A stretch of DNA of 64,000 nt from Candidatus Nanoarchaeia archaeon (GCA_041501125.1 JBGQNO010000002.1:10287-74286); one strand, 5' to 3'; numbered from the stretch's first letter, positions 43,745-53,434 are shown. The notes: generated by a model not told the origin, from the sequence alone. Numbers and translations are program-made.

Positions 43745-45303
43745 TTTACACCTCTTTCTTTCAATGCATGAACAATCTCGTCAGAAGTAAAAGGCCTGCC
43801 ATCAAATTTCAGTATCATATTCTTTTCAGAGATTATCTGTCCGGTATGCTGGCTGATTAATTTTGATAATTGGCAGGTTGCAGTCTGTTCTATAATAAAT
43901 ACATTTTTGTGCTCTTCAATCAGTTTCTTAATTTCTTTTGGAAATGGCGCAAGATAAAGTATCTGCAGGAATTTTGCATCCAAATCTCTGATTGCATCAA
44001 GTATCGCACCCTTGGTTGAGCCCCACGAAATTATAAGACTCTTCCCTTTTCCAAAAAGCTTGAACATCTCAAACTTCTTTGCCTCTTTTTCCAGTTCAGG
44101 TTCTCTTGCCATTCTTTTTTCAGCGCTTGCTACAGCATTTTTTGCATCTTCTGCATTATTCCAGTCTTTGTCATGCTCATAGCTTGTTCTTTTGAAAATA
44201 CTCTCGCCAGGTTTTTCTTTTCTGACAGGAATCACTAGACTCTTGATATTCAGATTATCACATGAAAAGTCAGATTCAGCAAGATGTTTGTCTGCAAGCA
44301 AGACACTTAAGGCGCCAAATTTCTCAGCAAGATAGAATGCTTCATTCGTTTTCTCTATTGCTTCTTTAGCGCAGCCCGGAGCTATAACAACTCTTGGATA
44401 TTCTCCGTGTCCTCCATATAAAGCTGCCATTAAATCCTGCTGTCCAGTATAAGTTGGGAGGCCAGTAGAATTGCTTCCCCTTGAAGCTAAGTAAACAACA
44501 AGCGGCAGTTCAACCATGCCTTGCATTCCCATAGCTTCTGTCATCAGGTCAAAACCTCCGCCAGAAGTTCCTACCATGGCTTTTGCTCCAGCAAAGCTTG
44601 CACCAATCGCACCATTAGCAACTACAATTTCATCTTCTGGTGTGAAGGCAAAGAATTTCTTGTCCTGTTCCCGCGCAAGAAGATTCAAAACTCCTGTTGA
44701 AGGAGTCATTGGATATGCGAAGTAAACATCCAATCCAGACATTATCGCTCCTTTTGCAATTCCTTCTGAACCGCTCATCACAATCTTACTGGTTGTATCA
44801 TGTTCAAGCTTGACATGCATCTTGAAATCCTTTGAATAAAACTCTTTCAACTCATGAATATCATGTTCAAGAAGTGACCTGCCCTTGAATCTTTCTTTAA
44901 CAACATCAAGCAAATGCTCAAGATTCAAGCCAAGAACTTTGAAAAGCGCTGCTGCGAATGCCATGTTTGCAGTCTTGTCATTCCTGGCATTCAAAGCAAT
45001 AAAATTTTTCTTCTTAATCGAAAAGTTAACAATGAAAAATGCTTTTTTGCTGAAATCGTTTTTATGTGTATCCAAAGTTTCCTGATCCAGGGCAAGTATA
45101 GCATCATATTCCTTGTCAAAACTTCCGGTCTTTTCATCAGAGATGCATATAACATTAAAATTATGTCCTCCAGTTATGAGACTTTGATAATCTCGGTAGT
45201 TGAATACATAGAAACCTTCTTTTCCAAGCGCTCTGCCAAGGATATTTGCAAGTTCGTTGACACCTTGTCCTGCTTTTCCGCCAATCAATATGTTAAATCT
45301 CAT
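43741..45303 (-). CDS. 2-oxoacid:ferredoxin oxidoreductase, fused gamma-alpha subunit
   Basis: N-terminal gamma-like IGGKAGQGV and alpha-like GSEGIAKGAIMSGLDVYFAYPMTPST. Confidence 0.85.
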   Translation of the reverse strand: MRFNILIGGKAGQGVNELANILGRALGKEGFYVFNYRDYQSLITGGHNFNVICISDEKTGSFDKEYDAILALDQETLDTHKNDFSKKAFFIVNFSIKKKNFIALNARNDKTANMAFAAALFKVLGLNLEHLLDVVKERFKGRSLLEHDIHELKEFYSKDFKMHVKLEHDTTSKIVMSGSEGIAKGAIMSGLDVYFAYPMTPSTGVLNLLAREQDKKFFAFTPEDEIVVANGAIGASFAGAKAMVGTSGGGFDLMTEAMGMQGMVELPLVVYLASRGSNSTGLPTYTGQQDLMAALYGGHGEYPRVVIAPGCAKEAIEKTNEAFYLAEKFGALSVLLADKHLAESDFSCDNLNIKSLVIPVRKEKPGESIFKRTSYEHDKDWNNAEDAKNAVASAEKRMAREPELEKEAKKFEMFKLFGKGKSLIISWGSTKGAILDAIRDLDAKFLQILYLAPFPKEIKKLIEEHKNVFIIEQTATCQLSKLISQHTGQIISEKNMILKFDGRPFTSDEIVHALKERGVK

Positions 45304-45304
45304 T

Positions 45305-45655
45305 TCACAATCCTAAATTCTTACCATCTTTTGCTTTTCTTGGAAGCAAGTGAATATGCACATGGGGAACAAGCTGTCCTGCAGCAGGCAAATTGTTTAC
45401 AATAATATTGAATCCTTCTGCTCCTTCTTTTGCTTTAAGTTCAAAAACGCGTTTTATTGCGCCAAGCAGCTCGCAGCCAAGGCTTTCAGGCATGTCCATC
45501 ATGCTTTGAAAATGCTTCTTTGGAATAATCAAAGTATGTCCTGGTACTTTTGGATGCGCATCAGGAATAGCTATAAAATTCCCTGTCTCTAAGATTATCT
45601 CAGCTGGCACCTCTTTCCTGCTAATTTTGCAGAATATGCACTCTTTCTCTGCCAT
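45305..45655 (-). CDS. HIT-family (histidine triad) protein
   Basis: CIFCKI and HVHIHLLPR. I chose the start at M51 of the track ORF, because the longer ORF runs through tRNA-Ala. Confidence 0.85.
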   Translation of the reverse strand: MAEKECIFCKISRKEVPAEIILETGNFIAIPDAHPKVPGHTLIIPKKHFQSMMDMPESLGCELLGAIKRVFELKAKEGAEGFNIIVNNLPAAGQLVPHVHIHLLPRKAKDGKNLGL

Positions 45656-45698
45656 TATCAAGGATAAGTTTAAAACTTTATAAATATAACCAAAATTA

Positions 45699-45769
45699 GG
45701 GCCTATAGTCCAGTGGTAGAACGCGTCCATGGCATGGATGAGGCTCGGGTTCAATTCCCGATAGGTCCA
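45699..45769 (+). tRNA. tRNA-Ala(GGC)
   Basis: Acceptor GGGCCTA/TAGGTCC with a G3:U70 pair, anticodon arm CGTCC-ATGGCAT-GGATG, T-arm TCGGG-TTCAATT-CCCGA, A73, no CCA. Confidence 0.88.
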
Positions 45770-45778
45770 TTCTGCCCA

Positions 45779-45945
45779 TCGCAGCGAGAAAGCCTGCAAT
45801 CGCAATGAGGAGCTTCAAGACAAGAGCAGGACAAACATAGTACAATGAGGATGTCCGCAGCAAGAATGGGTCAGAATTAGTTACTTAACATAGCGAGAGT
45901 GTATCAAACATCATATTTCTTCAGCGAGGAATTGCATCAAACATA
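45779..45945 (+). repeat. tRNA-trailer repeat element, copy A
   Basis: Starts 10 nt after tRNA-Ala. It shares TCGCAGYGAG..TCGCAAYGAGGARCT (45779-45814), TCAAGACAAGAGC (45815-45827) and GTCAGAATTAGTTA (45870-45883) with copy B, and carries internal degenerate AGCGAG..ATCAAACAT units. Confidence 0.65.
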
Positions 45946-45970
45946 AAAAAACAAAGAAAAAAAGAAAAAT

Positions 45971-46501
45971 TTATTCTTCAATCACTTTTATTGTTGGTGT
46001 CATCTTATACACATCCTTTCCATCTGCCTTTATTGACTCTTGTGCATCAAAATCAAGTGTCAACGTTGTGTTTTGTCCAGCAACAATGTCAAACTCATTT
46101 ACAAGTTTTAATTTGTCAGAAGGCACATCTAAGGTGTACTCTGTACCATTAATAGTTACTTTCGCACTATCGATACTCAACCTTATCTGCGTGTATTTTC
46201 CAGGTACAAGTTCCTTGCTTCCTAGAAGTTCTTTGACGTCTTTTATTGCAATCAAGTCAAATGTCTTGGCTTCTGGCATAACAGTTGTCCATCCTGTTTC
46301 ATTTTCAGCTCCTGCCATATGCACTGCAATAGCAGAAATTGCAATTTCTGCTTTCTCGATGTTCATAGCAGGCGCATCAGTTATCTGAAGCACTAAAGTT
46401 CCTGTTTCTGAAGGCTTCAAGATAAAATAGCCTGCCACAACAGCAACAATAAGAATTCCTAAAATTAGATATAGGCTTTTCATACAATATACAATATTCA
46501 A
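45971..46501 (-). CDS. DUF4382-like secreted or anchored protein
   Basis: N-terminal transmembrane or signal segment, followed by a beta-rich region (LVLQITDAP...W......FDL...). The start may be M7 at 46483. Confidence 0.4.
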   Translation of the reverse strand: MNIVYCMKSLYLILGILIVAVVAGYFILKPSETGTLVLQITDAPAMNIEKAEIAISAIAVHMAGAENETGWTTVMPEAKTFDLIAIKDVKELLGSKELVPGKYTQIRLSIDSAKVTINGTEYTLDVPSDKLKLVNEFDIVAGQNTTLTLDFDAQESIKADGKDVYKMTPTIKVIEE

Positions 46502-46517
46502 AGACTTATATATCTAA

Positions 46518-48062
46518 TTATTTTACAAGTTTTCCAGCTTTGGCAAACGGAATTTCCTCAGAAATCAAGTCCCACACAATATTTTTCAGCTCAGAAATCT
46601 TTACTCTTACCTGCTTTCCAGTATCGCGTTCGCGTATTGTTACATCCTTTTTCTTCAAAGAATCAAAATCAATTGTAATGCAGAATGGAATTCCAATTTC
46701 ATCAGCTCTTGCATACCTTCTTCCAATACTTCCGCCAGAATCATAAAATACGTCAAGCCACTCGTCTTTCAAAATGTTTTCAACCTGCTTTGCAAGTTCA
46801 GGAAGCTTCTCCTTGTTTATGAGCGGAAAAATTGCAAATGAATACGGCGCAATGCACGGGTTTAATGCAAGGTACAAGCCTTCCTTACCTTCTTTCATCG
46901 AGCATTCTAAAACAGCATACAAAGTCCTGTCAACACCAGCCGATATTTCCCATATGTGAGGTATAAACTTTTTTCCAGTCTCGTCTGTATATTCAAGGTT
47001 TGTTCCAGAATGTTGCATATGCCCTTTCAAGTCATAATCAGTCCTATAATTATTCGCGATGATTTCAAGCCAGCCAAGGCTTGTTTCAACCTCGAAGTCA
47101 AAAGTTGCTAATGAATAAAATGCACGTTCATCCTTGTCAACTTCCCTGAATCTGACTTTTTCAGCAGGAATTCCAAGTCCAGTCCAGACTTGCTGCGTTC
47201 TTGCAAGATAATAAGCAATCAATTTTCCTGGAACAATTTTCTTGTCAACAAGTTCCTTGCAAGTAAATTGATCAATCTTTTCCTTGCCAAGTCTCAGAAC
47301 CCTGACTTTATAATTCTGAAATTTATTAAATCCTTCAACCTCATTAATCTTAATAGGGTCGAAGAATATTTCACATTCCATCTGCGAAAATTCAACAGCC
47401 CTGGTAATACTCTGCCTTGGTGAGATTTCATTCCTGAATGCTCCGCCTGCCTGGCAAATTCCCTGAGGCAGTTTCATACGCATTGTTTTAACCATTCTTG
47501 CAAAATTCAAGAATATGCTCTGGCACGCTTCTGGCCTCAAGAATGTGCGAAACTCGCCCTGTCTTCCAACAAGCGTTTCAACCATCATATTAAATCTTGA
47601 AACCTTGCCTAGCTCACCCCCGCATTTTGGGCATCTTATTTTATGCTCTTTAATCATCTCATCAAGTTTCTCACTTGAGGTTGCTTCTGGAACATTCTTT
47701 TTGATTTTCTCAGATATCAGTTTATCAGCTCGTTCAACTTTCTTGCACTTCAGGCATTGAACAATTGGGTCTGTGAATGACTTCAGATGTCCGCTTCCTT
47801 CAAACACGCTTGCAGGAAGAATCTGTGAGCCATGAATCTCAAGCATATTTTCTTTCTGGCAAAGCTCATGCCTCCAGAAATCAACTATCTTTCTTCTTAT
47901 TGACTGCCCAACAGGCCCAAAATCCCAGAATCCTGAAGGCGAGTTTGGATAAATCTCAGCAGCTGGATAGAACATGCTTTTTCTCGACGCAAGTTCAAGC
48001 AATTTGTCATATTTGCTCTGTTCCTTACCCTCTTTTTTCTCAGTCTCTTTCGCCATTTTCAA
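46518..48062 (-). CDS. glyS: glycyl-tRNA synthetase (archaeal/eukaryal alpha2 type)
   Basis: FYPAAEIYPNSPSGFWDFGPVG, FRNEISPR and GGSIGRRYARADEIGIPFCITID. Confidence 0.9.
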   Translation of the reverse strand: MKMAKETEKKEGKEQSKYDKLLELASRKSMFYPAAEIYPNSPSGFWDFGPVGQSIRRKIVDFWRHELCQKENMLEIHGSQILPASVFEGSGHLKSFTDPIVQCLKCKKVERADKLISEKIKKNVPEATSSEKLDEMIKEHKIRCPKCGGELGKVSRFNMMVETLVGRQGEFRTFLRPEACQSIFLNFARMVKTMRMKLPQGICQAGGAFRNEISPRQSITRAVEFSQMECEIFFDPIKINEVEGFNKFQNYKVRVLRLGKEKIDQFTCKELVDKKIVPGKLIAYYLARTQQVWTGLGIPAEKVRFREVDKDERAFYSLATFDFEVETSLGWLEIIANNYRTDYDLKGHMQHSGTNLEYTDETGKKFIPHIWEISAGVDRTLYAVLECSMKEGKEGLYLALNPCIAPYSFAIFPLINKEKLPELAKQVENILKDEWLDVFYDSGGSIGRRYARADEIGIPFCITIDFDSLKKKDVTIRERDTGKQVRVKISELKNIVWDLISEEIPFAKAGKLVK

Positions 48063-48095
48063 TACAAGCTAAAACTCTATTTAAATTTACTGAAA

Positions 48096-48167
48096 AGCGC
48101 GGGAGGGGAGTCGAACCCCTACAAATCCGCTCTGCAGGCGGACGCAGTGCCGTTGTGCCACCCGCGC
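48096..48167 (-). tRNA. tRNA-Cys(GCA)
   Basis: Acceptor GCGCGGG/CCCGCGC, anticodon arm TCCGC-CTGCAGA-GCGGA, T-arm AGGGG-TTCGACT-CCCCT, U73. Confidence 0.88.
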
Positions 48168-48193
48168 TTAAAACTCATAAGAAAACACAATTT

Positions 48194-48592
48194 TTAAATA
48201 TTAGTCAACAGGTTTTTAACCCTGTCTTCAATCTCATTAACAATCTCTAGTATTCTGCCAAGCTCGCACGCCTTGCAGTCTGAAATCTTCCATTTTACAA
48301 TCTTGCCCTTGTAACTCTGGAAAAACTCTTTATTTACATTGTCAGCAACAATAATAACCACATCAAAATCCTTGACCAGTCTGCTCGTTAATTGTCTTGG
48401 CGCTCCTCTGAGCTTGTAACCTTTCTCACTCATTATTTTAAGAACATTTTTCTCAATATACTGCCTTGAAGCATCCCTTAGAAGCCCTGCGCTTTCTGCC
48501 TTTATTTTCTTGTTCTTGTTCAGTGCATTAAAAATGCATTCAGCAACCTTGCTTCTGAAGCGATTGTATTTGCATATAAATAAAATTTTCAT
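48194..48592 (-). CDS. low-molecular-weight protein-tyrosine phosphatase / ArsC-family protein
   Basis: ILFICKYNRFRS contains the CX5RS P-loop. I chose the start at M50 of the track ORF, because the longer ORF crosses tRNA-Arg. Confidence 0.75.
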   Translation of the reverse strand: MKILFICKYNRFRSKVAECIFNALNKNKKIKAESAGLLRDASRQYIEKNVLKIMSEKGYKLRGAPRQLTSRLVKDFDVVIIVADNVNKEFFQSYKGKIVKWKISDCKACELGRILEIVNEIEDRVKNLLTNI

Positions 48593-48602
48593 TTCGATTA
48601 AA

Positions 48603-48690
48603 CGCTCCCGATAGGATTTGAACCTACGACCCCTGACTTCCTTCATATTTATAGAAGGCCAGTGCTCTATCCAGGCTGAGCTACGGGAGC
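48603..48690 (-). tRNA. tRNA-Arg(UCU) with a 13-nt intron at 37/38
   Basis: Acceptor GCTCCCG/CGGGAGC, anticodon stem CTGGC/GTCAG. The BHB core is CTTC-[TAT]...GAAG-[GAA], giving intron 48639-48651. T-arm GTAGG-TTCAAAT-CCTAT, G73. Confidence 0.85.
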
Positions 48691-48735
48691 TTACTTTAAG
48701 TAGAAAAAGATTATATTTAAAATTAACCGCACAGC

Positions 48736-50664
48736 TCATTTAACTGCATGTGCAGTTTCAGTCATCTTCCTCTTATGGTTATGATGCCTTACGATACAGA
48801 TAACAAGAATTAATATGAGAATACCTATACCCGCAGTAATTGCTAATTTTTTATCTTCATTTGTTGACACCACAGATATCACCTTTCCAATAAGTGCTTT
48901 GCCTGCTGCAATCAATCCTATTTGCACGACTTTTTCACTTACAACACTCACGGACTCATTTTTAAATTGTATGTTCAGCCCAATTTTCTGTTTCAGATTG
49001 TCACATGATATGCTAAAGCCCGAAATTGTATTTTCTGTCAAATTCAACGGAAATGAAAGTGTAAATGAAAGGTTCTTGACTGCCTGAGGATTAATTGAAA
49101 TATTGCTCTTGCTGATTAAAAGCGAAGATTTTTCATTTTTTAGAATGCAGTTTGTTAATGAGACATGCCCTAGATTTTGTATAGTAATATAAGACGTAAT
49201 ATTTCTGCTTCCTGAACTTGAAGTAATTGTTGAATTGCTCAAAAGAGTTATTTTACTGACAGAACTCTCGCCGCTTGGAACAGCACTATTAGAGCCCAAG
49301 GTAGTTCCATGACTGCTCGTGCCTGATGATTCTCCAGTACTTGTTTGCGTTTCAGCGACAGGAGTTTCGGGCTCTTCTGTTGCATTTGTAATATTCTCCG
49401 CATCATCAGGTTCATTCGCTGCTTCAGAAATTGCTATTGACACATTAAATTCAACTTCTTTATAGACAGTATTTCCAGCATAGTCATTTGCACTGGCAGA
49501 AAGATAATACTCTGAGACACTTCCATCGGGAACATTTATTATTGTGCTTTCAGAACACAGAATAATTCCGCTGAGCACATTTGTAAAATTTCCACTTGCA
49601 GATTTTGACAGATTATACCAGCACATGCTTATGCCTGTACCTTCATCAGACACATTTAATGCCAATGGGACGCTTGTTGAATTATACTCTTTTGTTTCTG
49701 GCTCTGAAATTTCAATGTTAGGGTATATTGTATCAACATTAAAAATTACTGTTGAAGTGTTAATATTTCCTGAAGTATCATTTGCATAAACTGTCAGAAA
49801 ATTTTGTCCTTCATTAAATGTATATTCTAACACGTTAGAGTATGAAATATTTTCATTGTTATATTCAACCCATGTAGATGAAATGCCACTATCATCATCT
49901 ACAGACACATCGATTGAAATATCCCTTTTGCTGTAATTTTCAGAAAGCGGTGAGTTTATCGTTAATAAAGGGGCAGTTTCATCCTCTGCAACTGTTGTAT
50001 GGTATAAAATGCTAAGATAGGGCCGCAGGCTTACATTTGAATACTCTTTCGAATAGAACCTGTTTTCATTTCCAGAGCTTGTTGTATAAATTACAAAAGA
50101 TACTTTATCATTAATTCCGTAATTATTATTAATCACATTAACAACATTCCAGCATTGCCATTTTTTCTCATCTATTGTATCTGTCTGGACATATGATTCA
50201 GGCACTGAATTACAGTTCGTAGAGCTATTCACAGTCTTGCACGGTTGATTATTTCCAGTTAATGACAATTCATTCCATGAAGAGTAAACCTCAGCTACAT
50301 ATGTAGTTTTGGTGTTTTGTGAGTCATATAAGTATAAGCATAAAGAAGCACTGTCTATTACCTTATCCTCTGGAATCATTGAGATATTAAAGTCAATATA
50401 GGAATTTATTTTATGTGCGCCCCATTGCACTGATAGTCTTGTATCTGTGCCGTAATTCCTATCTGGAGAATCCATTTTAGCATACGAGTCTGCAAGATTT
50501 TCTGTTCCCGCATTCTGTAAAGTCATTAATATAGCGTCACCTTCCTGGCTGTAAACAGCATAACCCTCCATGCGAGAATCTTTCAATATAAATAATGCTG
50601 CTATCAATCCTATTACGATAGTCAGGATTACAAGATATTTTAATGGCATCTCCCCTTTTCTCAT
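48736..50664 (-). CDS. cell-surface protein with a DNRLRE/CBM96-like domain, Ig-like repeats and a C-terminal transmembrane anchor
   Basis: N-terminal hydrophobic segment. SYAKMDSPDRNYGTDTRLSV......SYIDFNIS.IP....IDSASLCLYLY....WNELSLTGNNQP matches the DNRLRE pattern. A Ser/Thr-rich linker is followed by the C-terminal transmembrane segment ITAGIGILILILVICIV. Confidence 0.55.
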   Translation of the reverse strand: MRKGEMPLKYLVILTIVIGLIAALFILKDSRMEGYAVYSQEGDAILMTLQNAGTENLADSYAKMDSPDRNYGTDTRLSVQWGAHKINSYIDFNISMIPEDKVIDSASLCLYLYDSQNTKTTYVAEVYSSWNELSLTGNNQPCKTVNSSTNCNSVPESYVQTDTIDEKKWQCWNVVNVINNNYGINDKVSFVIYTTSSGNENRFYSKEYSNVSLRPYLSILYHTTVAEDETAPLLTINSPLSENYSKRDISIDVSVDDDSGISSTWVEYNNENISYSNVLEYTFNEGQNFLTVYANDTSGNINTSTVIFNVDTIYPNIEISEPETKEYNSTSVPLALNVSDEGTGISMCWYNLSKSASGNFTNVLSGIILCSESTIINVPDGSVSEYYLSASANDYAGNTVYKEVEFNVSIAISEAANEPDDAENITNATEEPETPVAETQTSTGESSGTSSHGTTLGSNSAVPSGESSVSKITLLSNSTITSSSGSRNITSYITIQNLGHVSLTNCILKNEKSSLLISKSNISINPQAVKNLSFTLSFPLNLTENTISGFSISCDNLKQKIGLNIQFKNESVSVVSEKVVQIGLIAAGKALIGKVISVVSTNEDKKLAITAGIGILILILVICIVRHHNHKRKMTETAHAVK

Positions 50665-50717
50665 ATAAACTAAAGCAATTCAATATTTTTAAATACTATT
50701 TTTTCCTGTAATATACC

Positions 50718-51620
50718 ATGGAAGCAATAAACCTTATTTTCTTAGGAACAGGACAGGCAGTACCGACAGAAAAGCGCAATCACTCGTCTATACTTTTGCA
50801 ATACGAGGATGAGAACATTCTTGTAGACTGCGGCGAAGGCACACAAAGGCAGTTCAGGAAAGCCAAGCTTAATCCGTGCAAGCTGACAAGGATACTAATT
50901 ACTCATTGGCACGGAGATCATGTTCTCGGATTGCCAGGCTTGCTGCAGACACTGGCATTGAATGGTTATAATAGAACTCTGCATGTATATATGCCGCGTG
51001 GAACATCGCATTTCTTCCAGAATATAATGAGAATGTTTGTTTACAAGGACAGCATAAAACTTGAAGTTCATGAAATTGATGAAGGCAAGGTTTTTGAAAA
51101 AAACAAGTTTTACATCCAAGCAGCCAGGATGAACCATGATACACCATGTTTGGCTTACTCATTTGTTGAAAAAGACAAAATCCGCATTGACAAAGCGAAA
51201 ATGAAAAAGCTCAAGATAAAACCCGGGCCTGAACTGAAAAATATCAAGAATGGTGAAAGCATAAAAATCAATGGCAAGACAATCAAGGCAAAGGATATAA
51301 CATACGAAGAAAAAGGCAGAAAAATAACATTTGTTCTTGATACAATAATAAATGAAAATGCTGTTGAGCTTGCAAAAAATTCTGACTTGCTGATCTGCGA
51401 ATCAACATATTCTGAACAGGAGAAAGAGCTTGCGCATGAGTACAAGCATCTGACTGCGAAGCAGGCAGCAGAAATTGCAAAGAAGTCAAAATCCCAGAGA
51501 CTGGTTTTGACACACATCAGCCAGCGCTACGACTACAAGGAAAAAATTCTTCTGCTAGAAGCAAGAAAAGTTTTCAAGAACACATCAGTTGCTGAAGACT
51601 TGATGAGTTTTGAAATGTAG
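50718..51620 (+). CDS. rnz: ribonuclease Z (tRNA 3' endonuclease)
   Basis: Metallo-beta-lactamase motif ITHWHGDH and the short-form RNase Z layout. Confidence 0.85.
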   Translation: MEAINLIFLGTGQAVPTEKRNHSSILLQYEDENILVDCGEGTQRQFRKAKLNPCKLTRILITHWHGDHVLGLPGLLQTLALNGYNRTLHVYMPRGTSHFFQNIMRMFVYKDSIKLEVHEIDEGKVFEKNKFYIQAARMNHDTPCLAYSFVEKDKIRIDKAKMKKLKIKPGPELKNIKNGESIKINGKTIKAKDITYEEKGRKITFVLDTIINENAVELAKNSDLLICESTYSEQEKELAHEYKHLTAKQAAEIAKKSKSQRLVLTHISQRYDYKEKILLLEARKVFKNTSVAEDLMSFEM

Positions 51621-51658
51621 TTGAACTCTCACACATAATTGCCTAAACAAAAGAATAG

Positions 51659-51705
51659 ATTGCCCCAAGTTACCCAAGGGAAAATCGTTTCAGTATTAAT
51701 TCATC
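51659..51705 (+). repeat. intergenic hairpin/AT-box element, copy 7
   Basis: ATTGCCCCAAGTTACCCAAGGGAAAATCGTTTCAGTATTAATTCATC. Confidence 0.5.
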
Positions 51706-51763
51706 AAAGCTTTCGCTAACTCCAAAAAGAATCTTGTCTAGCGAAATTAAAAGACAAAACGCT

Positions 51764-51997
51764 TTACTTTGCAGGAGAAATGTAAATTATCGTGTCGCCT
51801 CTAAGGAAAGTCAATCCTATGCTTCTCTTGACTGCATTGTCTTCGATTTCCTTTGCATTGTCCAGTACCACGTTCACGTGTATGTCAAATGCAAGTAATG
51901 TGCCTGTAAGCTGTCTGTCACTCTTCAATTGCACTAAAATTTCTTTTCCTTTGCTTGCATTAAGCAAATCCAGAGGTCTTTCGATTCCATTAACCAT
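51764..51997 (-). CDS. Sm-like archaeal protein (LSm)
   Basis: Sm1/Sm2 pattern: ILVQLKSDRQLTGTLLAFDIHVNVVLDNA...FLRGDTIIYISP. Confidence 0.85.
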   Translation of the reverse strand: MVNGIERPLDLLNASKGKEILVQLKSDRQLTGTLLAFDIHVNVVLDNAKEIEDNAVKRSIGLTFLRGDTIIYISPAK

Positions 51998-52079
51998 ATC
52001 TTTTTCTCGAGTGCTTTCTTTTTAAAGCTTTCTTTGTATTATACAAAAGATATTTAAACGTTCAAACTTAGCAACAAAT

Positions 52080-52451
52080 ATGAACACAGGAAGAAAGATT
52101 ACTGGTGGAAAATACCATCAAAGAAGGAAGAAGCGCCTTTACGAGTTTGAAAGCCAGCCACGAACAGTCAAGCTTGGCGCTGTAAAAAGAAAATGCTTAA
52201 GGATAAGAAGTGGCAAGTGCAAAATCATTTTAATGTCAGCTGACATTGCTAATGTTCTGAATAAGAAAACTGGCAAGATAAAACAAGCCAAGATAAAGAA
52301 TGTTGTTGAAACTCCGAGCAACCGCTTTCTAGCCAGGCAGAATGTTCTTGTAAAAGGTGCAATAATCGAAACCGAGCTTGGCAAAGCCCGGGTAACCAAC
52401 AGGCCAAGCCAGGAAGGTTCTGTAAATGCAGTTCTCCTCGAGAACCTATAG
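52080..52451 (+). CDS. rps8e: ribosomal protein S8e
   Basis: GRKITGGKYHQRRKKRLYE... Confidence 0.85.
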   Translation: MNTGRKITGGKYHQRRKKRLYEFESQPRTVKLGAVKRKCLRIRSGKCKIILMSADIANVLNKKTGKIKQAKIKNVVETPSNRFLARQNVLVKGAIIETELGKARVTNRPSQEGSVNAVLLENL

Positions 52452-52498
52452 AAAGGTTTAAAAAGCTTTCTATACTTTTAAAAAAATCTATTCTTAAA

Positions 52499-53434
52499 AT
52501 GAAAACCGCTTGCAAAAAATGTCCTGAATGCAAAGGGACAAAACTTGTCTATGATGAGCATCGTGGCGAAGTAGTTTGCGCAGATTGCGGGCTTGTTGTC
52601 GAAGAAAAACTTGTCGATACTGGACAAGAAATGACAGGTTCTGAAAAAACCGAAAAAAAAGGCAGGGGCGGGGCTCCTCTAAGTTTGCAAAAATTTGATA
52701 AGGGCTTAACAACAAACATCGGCGAAATTTCTGATATTTACAAGCTTGAAGCAGGCGAGTCAAGAAAATTCCTAAGATTAAAGAAATGGCAGGAACGTGT
52801 TTCAACCAGTATTGAACGAAATCTCAGGTTGGCAATGGCAGAGCTCAGACGAGTTGCAGGTTTCTTGACACTGCCAAATGTTGTCAGGGATGAAGCATCA
52901 AGAATTTACAATCATATTCTTCAAAGAGGATTTGTCAGAGGCAGAAGCATGGAATCTGTCATAGCAGCATGCATCTATGCAGCCTGCAGAAGTTATAATA
53001 TTCCAAGAACACTTGACGAGATTGCAGCAGCAAGCGATGTTGAAAGAAAAGAAATTGGCAGAACCTACAGATTTATCATGAGAAAAACCGGAATCAAGGT
53101 AACTCCAAGCTCGCCAAATGATTATATTTCAAGATTTGCTTCTATCTTACACTTAAGTCCAAAGACACAAAGCGATGCAATTGGATTGTTAAAGAAAGCT
53201 GATATCTCAGAACTTACAAGCGGAAGAGGACCTGCAGGAATTGCAGCAGCTGCATTATACGTAGCAGCATTGCTCAACGACGAGAAGCGCACCCAGCGCG
53301 AAGTCGCTGATGTAGCAGGAATAACAGAAGTAACAATAAGAAACAGGTACAAGGAATTAATTGACAGGCTTGGCATAGAAGACAAGCTCAAGCTGAAAGA
53401 AAGAGAAGCAAAGGAAAAAGAGAAGAAAAAATAA
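52499..53434 (+). CDS. tfb: transcription initiation factor TFB (TFIIB)
   Basis: Zinc ribbon CPEC...CADCG, followed by two cyclin-like repeats. Confidence 0.92.
   Translation: MKTACKKCPECKGTKLVYDEHRGEVVCADCGLVVEEKLVDTGQEMTGSEKTEKKGRGGAPLSLQKFDKGLTTNIGEISDIYKLEAGESRKFLRLKKWQERVSTSIERNLRLAMAELRRVAGFLTLPNVVRDEASRIYNHILQRGFVRGRSMESVIAACIYAACRSYNIPRTLDEIAAASDVERKEIGRTYRFIMRKTGIKVTPSSPNDYISRFASILHLSPKTQSDAIGLLKKADISELTSGRGPAGIAAAALYVAALLNDEKRTQREVADVAGITEVTIRNRYKELIDRLGIEDKLKLKEREAKEKEKKK

Noticed and set aside
45656-45805. N-terminal 50-aa extension of the HIT ORF (track ORF 45305-45805).
   Set aside because: The extension runs straight through the tRNA-Ala gene on the opposite strand. The HIT domain starts at the internal Met (MAEKECIFCKI).
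45779-45840. Possible protein coding in the tRNA-trailer repeat. Copies A and B differ mostly at third-codon positions in one frame (RSEKACNRNEEL vs RSEQVRSRNEEL).
   Set aside because: Copy A has no start codon and has a TAG just upstream in that frame. The downstream shared blocks (TCAAGACAAGAGC) fall in different frames in the two copies. I therefore treat the element as non-coding.
45800-45880. C/D-box sRNA in the trailer element (two AATGAGGA motifs and TCAGA).
   Set aside because: The boxes deviate from RUGAUGA and CUGA, the spacing does not fit C-D'-C'-D architecture, and copy B lacks them.
47777-48739. The 157-aa plus-strand ORF across the glyS start and tRNA-Cys, and the 49-aa extension of the phosphatase ORF across tRNA-Arg.
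   Set aside because: Both overlap well-folded tRNA genes or a strong synthetase gene. The phosphatase P-loop begins right after the internal Met.
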